This document shows positions 36,605-42,716 of a stretch of DNA of 42,716 bases, in pieces. The DNA comes from an uncultured Mycoplasmatota bacterium (GTDB lineage: Bacteria > Bacillota_I > Bacilli_A > RF39 > UBA660): assembly GCA_946494345.1 (NCBI GenBank), contig CAMMBX010000003.1, forward strand, positions 1 to 42,716. The letters run 5' to 3'. Within the stretch, counting starts at the first letter, position 1, and each line of letters starts with the position of its first letter. The notes below the pieces were generated by a model. It did not search any database. It was not told the origin of the DNA and saw only the letters and a list, made by a program, of their open reading frames with translations. The position numbers and the translations under genes were made by a program.

Positions 36605-37105
36605 TTATCCTTTTCTTTTTACAAATACTTTTTCTTTATTTATATAATCTATAAGTTCTTTACCATTATTTATTTCATCTATAGGAAAAATAGAATTATC
36701 ATTTAGTATTTTAGCACATTCTACTTTTTGATATTCTTCTATGACACAGTTTAATCTATCAATAGCATCTATTTGGGTTTTTGATACTCTTTTAGGAATT
36801 GTAATAAAGGCATAATCTACATGTTCACTACTAGGTGTAACATTAACAAATGTTGCAATGCCTATTTTGGCAAGAGCCCAGGAAATTTCAAAAATATCTC
36901 CTTTTATTAAACTTTTATCTAGTTTTTTTAATAGCCCTTGTTCTTTTAAAAATGGTTTTATTAATTTAGGATGTTCAAACTTAATAGTTGGATAAGGAAA
37001 GATAATTGTATCTTTACCATTAATAGGTTCTTTATAAAATAAAATTATTCTTATTTCATTAAAGTTATTTATAATCCCTTTATATATTTCAATTGCATTT
37101 GACAT
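36605..37105 (-). CDS. Hypothetical protein (probable paralogue of 38391-38813)
   Basis: 166 aa, RBS AGAGG; shared motif described in findings. Confidence 0.6.
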   Translation of the reverse strand: MSNAIEIYKGIINNFNEIRIILFYKEPINGKDTIIFPYPTIKFEHPKLIKPFLKEQGLLKKLDKSLIKGDIFEISWALAKIGIATFVNVTPSSEHVDYAFITIPKRVSKTQIDAIDRLNCVIEEYQKVECAKILNDNSIFPIDEINNGKELIDYINKEKVFVKRKG

Positions 37106-37227
37106 AATTTTTCCTCTTTTCCAAGTGTTAATATTTTATCACATATTTCTTTTTTTTTAAATTTATTGTATTATAAATTTAATAGATAATTTCTATATTA
37201 TATATTTATTATAGAAGGGAGTAAAAA

Positions 37228-37578
37228 ATGAGAGAGTATATGAGAGAATATATTAAAGAAGTAGATAAAAAGATTAGTGATAATCATAAATTTAGTAATG
37301 AAGAGATAGAAGACTTTCTATTTAAAATGAACCTTTTTCAAAGAGAGAGGGTTATACATTTAGGTATAACACTTTCTTATGTCTTTTTTACAATTTTATT
37401 TTTGTTTTTAACTAAATATATTTTTATGATGTTTATTATTTTCTTTATTTTACTTATTTTTGATGGGTTTTATGTATATCATTACTTTTTTTTAGAAAAT
37501 AGTGTTCAGTATATGTATAAACAGTATGATAAAATGAAAAAAGGTAGTATAATTAAAAAGAATAGGAAAGAGGGATAA
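37228..37578 (+). CDS. Small two-TM membrane protein
   Basis: RBS GGGAG; FQRERVIHL + hydrophobic hairpin + HYFFLENSVQYMY. Confidence 0.65.
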   Translation: MREYMREYIKEVDKKISDNHKFSNEEIEDFLFKMNLFQRERVIHLGITLSYVFFTILFLFLTKYIFMMFIIFFILLIFDGFYVYHYFFLENSVQYMYKQYDKMKKGSIIKKNRKEG

Positions 37579-37579
37579 T

Positions 37580-38368
37580 ATGAATTTACAAGGGAAAATT
37601 GCTGTTGTAACTGGTGGTGCGATGGGAAATGGTAAAGGAATTGTAGAGTCTTTACTTAAGGCAGGAGCCTCTGTTGTTATATTAGATAAGTCAACTGAGT
37701 TAACTAATACAGTTAATGAACTTGGTTCAAAAGGGTATAAAGTGTTAGGTATTAATGTTGATATAAGTAATAAGAACTTATTAGTTCAAGTTGTTGATAT
37801 TATAAAAAAATACTATGATCATATAGATATATTAGTAAATAATGCAGGTGTTTGTAAGTTAGAGACATTTGAAAAGATGACTGATGAGTTACGAGATTTA
37901 CATTTTGATATTAATATTAAGGGAACTTGGGATGTTACTAAAGTATTACTTCCAATGTTAAGAAGTAGTGGTAAAGCTAGTATTATTAATTTATCTAGTG
38001 TTACTGGTCCTATGGTAGCGGATTCAGGTGAAGTTGCATATGCTACTACAAAAGCAGCGCTTATTGGTTTTACTAAAGCTTTGGCGCGTGAAGAAGTAGA
38101 ACATGGTATTAGAGTTAATGCTATTTTACCTGGTTATATTAGAACACCTATGGTTGACGGTATGGCTAAAGAGACTAATCCAACTGATCCAGAGAGTGTT
38201 ATTAATGGTATTGCAAGTGCAATTCCTATGAAAAGATTAGGAGATCCTAGTGAGCTTGGAGAACTTGCATGTTTTCTTGCAAGTGATTCATCTAGTTATA
38301 TAACAGGTACTAGTATTGTTATTGATGGTGGTTCAACATTACCAGAAACTGTTATAATGGGTGTTTAA
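37580..38368 (+). CDS. ucpA: Short-chain dehydrogenase/reductase, UcpA-like
   Basis: TGGAMGNG, LVNNAG, SSVTG.MVAD.GE.AYATTK, C-terminal DGGSTLPET. Confidence 0.8.
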   Translation: MNLQGKIAVVTGGAMGNGKGIVESLLKAGASVVILDKSTELTNTVNELGSKGYKVLGINVDISNKNLLVQVVDIIKKYYDHIDILVNNAGVCKLETFEKMTDELRDLHFDINIKGTWDVTKVLLPMLRSSGKASIINLSSVTGPMVADSGEVAYATTKAALIGFTKALAREEVEHGIRVNAILPGYIRTPMVDGMAKETNPTDPESVINGIASAIPMKRLGDPSELGELACFLASDSSSYITGTSIVIDGGSTLPETVIMGV

Positions 38369-38390
38369 ATATGTTTTAGGGGGAATTTAT

Positions 38391-38813
38391 ATGATTGAAG
38401 GAAATAGAGTGGAAGTTTATCTTTCTGATGAGTTGAAAGCTAAGAAAAATTTATTTAAAATAAAAAAAGATGCTAGAATTAATGGCGGTCATGATAAGTG
38501 TTTTAAATTTATAAATAGTTATTATGATTTAAAAGTTAATTTTGCAGATATAAGTAATTTTTCTATAGATTATGCTAATTATGGTCATCTTTCTTTTTCT
38601 ATTGCTACACCATGGTTGTTAATTTCAATTCCTGAAGTGGTTAGTAATAGTCATTTAGAAATACTTAATAGTATTATGGAAGATTTAGATGGTAATGCTT
38701 TAGCAATATATGCATATATTAATAATGTGTTAGAGCAGTATATTATTGATGATACTTATAAAGATAATAAAGATATGTTAATTAAAGTCTTAAAGAAAAA
38801 GAAACTTGTTTAA
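38391..38813 (+). CDS. Hypothetical protein (probable paralogue of 36605-37105)
   Basis: ATG 38391 follows AGGGGG; Lys-rich C-terminus. Confidence 0.6.
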   Translation: MIEGNRVEVYLSDELKAKKNLFKIKKDARINGGHDKCFKFINSYYDLKVNFADISNFSIDYANYGHLSFSIATPWLLISIPEVVSNSHLEILNSIMEDLDGNALAIYAYINNVLEQYIIDDTYKDNKDMLIKVLKKKKLV

Positions 38814-39019
38814 GCTTCTTTTTTTAAATTATTTTCAAGTATTGTTAACATTTCATTTTTCATCTCATCAGTTGAATTATTCCAAATTATTTCCATGAAT
38901 ACTCCCATACCAGGTAAAGTAACTTCATCTTTTGATGCAATTGATTCAGTTATTGCTTCCTTAATACTTTCTTTATTATCGTTTTTAAAGTTATTTAATA
39001 TATAATCTTTTATACTCAT
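38810..39019 (-). CDS. sspI: Small acid-soluble spore protein SspI
   Basis: I...I..N...I.E.I....E.TLPGMGVFMEIIW signature. Confidence 0.85.
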   Translation of the reverse strand: MSIKDYILNNFKNDNKESIKEAITESIASKDEVTLPGMGVFMEIIWNNSTDEMKNEMLTILENNLKKEA

Positions 39020-39109
39020 AAAATCATCCTCCTAGACATATCTTTACCAAAATTTATTAATTTATACTATATTATTTTCGTCTTTTCATATATAATTTAA
39101 TTAGGAGGG

Positions 39110-39679
39110 ATGAAAATGTCAACAGGATTGATTATTGGAATAGTAGTAGTTGCTATTATTGTTATTTTAATTATTTGGTATGTAGTTACATATAACTCTT
39201 TAATTGCACTTAGAAATAGGGTTAAAGATCAATGGAGTCAAATTGATGTTCAACTTAAAAGAAGAGCTGATTTAATTCCTAATTTAGTAGAGACTGTTAA
39301 GGGTTATGCTAAACATGAAAGTTCTACTTTAGATGCTGTTATTAATGCAAGAAATAGTTTTAATACAGCATCAACTAAAGAAGAAGAGATAAAAGCTAGT
39401 GGTGAATTAACAGGTATGTTAAATAGACTATTCGCTCTTGCAGAAGCATATCCTGATTTAAAAGCTAATCAGAACTTTATGTCACTACAAAATGATTTAA
39501 GAGATACTGAAGATAAGATTAGTACTATGAGACAATTTTATAATGATACAGTACTTACTTATAATAATAAAGTACAATCTATTCCTAGTAATATAGTTGC
39601 AAGTATTGCTCATTTTAAAGAAGAAGAATTCTTTGAAATAGATGAGAAAGACAAGGAAGCACCTAAAGTATCATTTTAA
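39110..39679 (+). CDS. lemA: LemA family protein
   Basis: YN.L..LRN...[42 protein letters not shown]. Confidence 0.95.
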   Translation: MKMSTGLIIGIVVVAIIVILIIWYVVTYNSLIALRNRVKDQWSQIDVQLKRRADLIPNLVETVKGYAKHESSTLDAVINARNSFNTASTKEEEIKASGELTGMLNRLFALAEAYPDLKANQNFMSLQNDLRDTEDKISTMRQFYNDTVLTYNNKVQSIPSNIVASIAHFKEEEFFEIDEKDKEAPKVSF

Positions 39680-39704
39680 GACTTGCTAATAGCAAGCTTT
39701 TTTT
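39678..39704 (+). terminator. Terminator/attenuator after lemA
   Basis: CTTGCT-AAT-AGCAAG stem followed by C and T7. Confidence 0.6.
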
Positions 39705-39717
39705 CTAAGAGGAGTGA

Positions 39718-41631
39718 ATGATTATGAATAAGGGAGTAAAAGTAGGGGTAGTTATTTTTATATTTTTAATAGTTGCATTAGTTTTTGCTGTTTCGATGAC
39801 TGATAGTGAGCCTACTGATAAGTTTTTAAGTGAGATAGAAATACAGGAAGATGGTTCTATTAAGGTGAGAGAACTTATTAAGATGAATGGGGACTTTAAT
39901 GGTATGGAACGTGATGTTAGTTATGCCAGTTATAATAATAGACCATATAGTGGTGATATAAGTGCTATTGAGGGAAATAGCGATTTATATGATGGTAGTG
40001 GTATTACTGATGTTAGTGTTGGTTCTATTAGTGACGATGGTGATCTTACTTTTGATGACTTTAATAGAAGTGTTAACTATTTTGATGAAGTTAATTTTGC
40101 AAGTAATGGAGAATCTTCTAAATATACCTATAATACTTTTATGAATGAAATTAATTTAAAACTTTTTAATCCTAGTGATTTAGATGAAATCTTTTATATA
40201 GAGTATACTGTTACTGATGTAGTAGTTGTTCATAATGATGTTGCAGAACTTGCCTGGAATACTTTAGGTGATGGTTATAGAGAAAATATTGGAGATTATG
40301 AAGTTAAAGTAATACTACCTAATAGCGATAGTGATTATAGAGTATGGTTACATGGACCTTTGAATGGAGAAATAGAAAGAACTAGTAATAGTGAAGCGAT
40401 TGGTACGTTTAACTTTTTAGGAGCATATAATCCTGTTAGTATTAGATTAATATTTAATAAAGATTTAGTACCTAATGCTACTAAAATGAGTGGTTTAACT
40501 GCTAAAGATGCTATTATAGATTATCAGGCTAAATTAAGTGATGAAGCGAATGATGAAAGAGAAAAAATTCAAAGACAAAATATGACTTTAATAATAGTAA
40601 GTAGTATTTGGGGTGTTATTGCTATTTCTCTTGCAGTTGGTGTTTATTTAAGAGAAAGAAAAATGAAGAAAACTGCCTTTAATATGGAATATTTTAGAGA
40701 CTTTCCTGCAAGTTATGGTCCAGAAGTATTAGAGTATTTATTAGATAAGAATGTAACAGAAAAAAGTTTATCGGCAACAATATTAAATCTAATATATAAG
40801 AAAGTATTAAAAGTAGAAAAGATTGATAATAAGAGAAAAGATGATTATAAACTAATATTACAAGAGTATGATGAATCTAGTTTAACTGAAACAGAAAAGA
40901 TAGCATTAAATTTAATTATCAATGAGGTGGGTAATAGTAAAGAAGTAGTATTATCTCATATAAAAGAGCATTGTTCTAGTTTAAGTAATGCTAATAGAGT
41001 AATGGATTTATATAATGATTTTGTTAAGACTAGTAAAACTTTAGGTAAAAGTGAAAACTTCTTTGCTAAGACTCCAGGGTTAGTAGCATTTACAGTTATT
41101 TTTAGTTTACTAGGACTTATTTTAACATTTATTAGTTTTACTTTAGATTTATCTTGGCTAGGAATAATAATTATTATTCTTATGATAGCATTAATCATCT
41201 TTGTAGTAACTAGAAAGTTTTATACAAAGAAAGGTGCGGATGATTATGCTAAATGGATGGCTCATAAAAGATTTTTAGAAGATTTTAGTAGATTTAATGA
41301 AAAAGAGTTACCTGAAGTAACTCTATGGGATAAATATTTAGTTTATGCAGTTGTCTTAGACTGTGCTGATAAGTTATCTAAAGAGATGGAATTAAAGATG
41401 CCAAATATGGATACAAATGATACTGCTTATGTAGGTTATAATCCATTAATGACTCATTATATTATAACTTCTAATATTTATTCTAGTATAAATAGTGGTA
41501 TTCATACTGCCGTTGCATCATCACGTTCCTCAATCGCTGCAAGTCAAGCTTCAAGTGGCGGAGGCTTTGGAGGAGGCTCTATTGGTGGTGGAGGTTCCTT
41601 CGGAGGTGGAGGCGGCGGAGGCCGTTTCTAA
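39718..41631 (+). CDS. DUF2207-like membrane protein
   Basis: IQEDGSIKVRE, AELAWN, WLHGPL, ATILNL..K, WDKYLVYA, Gly-rich C-terminus; usual partner of lemA. Confidence 0.85.
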   Translation: MIMNKGVKVGVVIFIFLIVALVFAVSMTDSEPTDKFLSEIEIQEDGSIKVRELIKMNGDFNGMERDVSYASYNNRPYSGDISAIEGNSDLYDGSGITDVSVGSISDDGDLTFDDFNRSVNYFDEVNFASNGESSKYTYNTFMNEINLKLFNPSDLDEIFYIEYTVTDVVVVHNDVAELAWNTLGDGYRENIGDYEVKVILPNSDSDYRVWLHGPLNGEIERTSNSEAIGTFNFLGAYNPVSIRLIFNKDLVPNATKMSGLTAKDAIIDYQAKLSDEANDEREKIQRQNMTLIIVSSIWGVIAISLAVGVYLRERKMKKTAFNMEYFRDFPASYGPEVLEYLLDKNVTEKSLSATILNLIYKKVLKVEKIDNKRKDDYKLILQEYDESSLTETEKIALNLIINEVGNSKEVVLSHIKEHCSSLSNANRVMDLYNDFVKTSKTLGKSENFFAKTPGLVAFTVIFSLLGLILTFISFTLDLSWLGIIIIILMIALIIFVVTRKFYTKKGADDYAKWMAHKRFLEDFSRFNEKELPEVTLWDKYLVYAVVLDCADKLSKEMELKMPNMDTNDTAYVGYNPLMTHYIITSNIYSSINSGIHTAVASSRSSIAASQASSGGGFGGGSIGGGGSFGGGGGGGRF

Positions 41632-42389
41632 TCCTCAAGAAAACATAAAATAATTTTAATAATTACATAAGTATTTTCTAAATAACAAAAGTGGGTACAA
41701 TTAGGAAAGATGATAAGCTCACTATTTGTTATTTTTTTGTGCATTAATTTACCATCTTTTAGGGGTGTATCTATATCTTTTTCTCCCCAGAGTATTAGAG
41801 TATTGGTATTAATAGAGGATAGATACTTAGTAAGGTCTAGATTGACAATATTTTTAAAAGTCTCTCGCATATTTTCATCTAATGATTGATAATCACTACT
41901 TGAAAACTTATTGAAAAGATATGTTTTAAACTTGTGTTTAAGCTTTTTAGGAAGATAATTGGCAATACTTTGTAGAGTCTTATATAGTTTTAATCTTAAT
42001 TTTTTCTTTAAAGTCATCTTAGGTTTTATACCAGCGCTGTCTATTAATATTAGATTTTTAATAGGAATATTATATTTAGAAGATAGAAGTATGGCAATTC
42101 TACCTCCAAAAGAATGGGCAATGATATTAGAATTAGATATATTTAAGTCATTAAGAAATTTAATTATTATTTTAGTATAATCATCCATAGTAAGATTATA
42201 ATTAGGAAAGGTGGTATTTCCAAAGCCTGGGTAGTCTATTATATATACAGTATAATCTATCATTAAAATATTAATTATTTCTAAGAAGGTATTTCTTGTT
42301 TCTCCCCAACCTGGTAATATAACAATAGTATCTTTTCCCTCTCCATATTTTAAATAAGATAATTTTATATCTTTATAGTCAATAGTCAT
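41628..42389 (-). CDS. Alpha/beta hydrolase
   Basis: LPGWG, DYPGFG, AHSFGG nucleophile elbow, WGEKD, H near C-terminus. Confidence 0.9.
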   Translation of the reverse strand: MTIDYKDIKLSYLKYGEGKDTIVILPGWGETRNTFLEIINILMIDYTVYIIDYPGFGNTTFPNYNLTMDDYTKIIIKFLNDLNISNSNIIAHSFGGRIAILLSSKYNIPIKNLILIDSAGIKPKMTLKKKLRLKLYKTLQSIANYLPKKLKHKFKTYLFNKFSSSDYQSLDENMRETFKNIVNLDLTKYLSSINTNTLILWGEKDIDTPLKDGKLMHKKITNSELIIFPNCTHFCYLENTYVIIKIILCFLED

Positions 42390-42562
42390 ATACAACACCT
42401 ATTATAGGATATGTAACTGAAGTAAGATTGTTTATGGAAATTTATTGTCAAAGTTTGGTCTATGTGTTAATATTGTAATAGATAAGATTGGGGAAATAGA
42501 CGAATATATAAATAAAGTATTAAAAGTAATAATTTGGTAATATTAAAAATAGAGGTGTATTG

Positions 42563-42697
42563 ATGAGAAGATTATTATTAGAAACAAGTTTTAGTAAAAT
42601 ATATATAATAGTAATGGTTGTAATAACTCTATTAATAGTAGGAGGATATTTCTCCTATGCCATGGGGACTTATGTCAAGAAAGTGGACACATTTTAG
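42563..42697 (+). pseudogene. 5' fragment of a secreted surface protein with SipW-type-like signal, interrupted
   Basis: RBS AGAGGTG; MRRLLLETSFSKIYIIVMVVITLLIVGGYFSYAM, then runs into a putative IS end and stops. Confidence 0.55.
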
Positions 42698-42716
42698 AGG
42701 GGGTTTTTATAAATTT
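42663..42716. mobile_element. Probable IS terminal inverted repeat (IS3-family-like)
   Basis: TGGGGACTTATGTCAAGAAAGTGGACAC resembles IS3-family ends (TG...AAAGTGGACAC); higher GC than surroundings; lies at the window edge. Confidence 0.5.

Noticed and set aside
39682-39696. TTGCTA/TAGCAA hairpin after lemA as a fourth pilin-cassette repeat
   Set aside because: Arms are in the opposite order and lack the AAAT flanks; it reads as an ordinary terminator, though it cautions that these hexamers may be common in this genome's terminators.
1-42716. tRNA/rRNA genes, known riboswitches, or genetic code 4
   Set aside because: No recognisable RNA genes by eye; TGA acts as stop (e.g. pncB, radical SAM, ARH) and ORFs are full length under code 11.

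Overview
Very AT-rich, genetic-code-11 DNA from a Firmicute. The gene style and sspI suggest a reduced-genome Bacilli lineage such as RF39, which is my inference. The window has three blocks. (1) 374-25883 is a ~25 kb co-directional envelope locus. It joins surface/adhesin genes, a class B sortase and a Tad/Flp pilus module (CpaB-, TadA-, TadB-, TadC-, TadE-, CpaE-like, plus a 52-aa Flp-like pilin missed by the ORF track) to a type IV secretion module (three VirB2/TrbC-like pilin-domain genes, VirB6-, VirB3/PrgI-, VirB4-, M23 hydrolase, two VirB8-like genes, VirD4). No relaxase, integrase or replication gene is recognisable, so it looks like a chromosomal Tad-T4SS hybrid rather than an ICE; this is the best candidate for an undescribed system. 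(2) 26104-35914 holds two VapD-like genes, then an NAD salvage/recycling super-operon: pncA, pncB, nadE, a TRAM-less methylthiotransferase-like radical SAM gene, nadD, ADP-ribosylglycohydrolase, cinA/pncC, nrtR and NAD kinase. (3) 35920-42716 holds ylmH, an SDR, sspI, lemA, a DUF2207-like gene, a hydrolase and hypotheticals. Both window edges appear to be mobile-element ends that truncate genes. All family calls come from motif recognition by eye; no searches were run.
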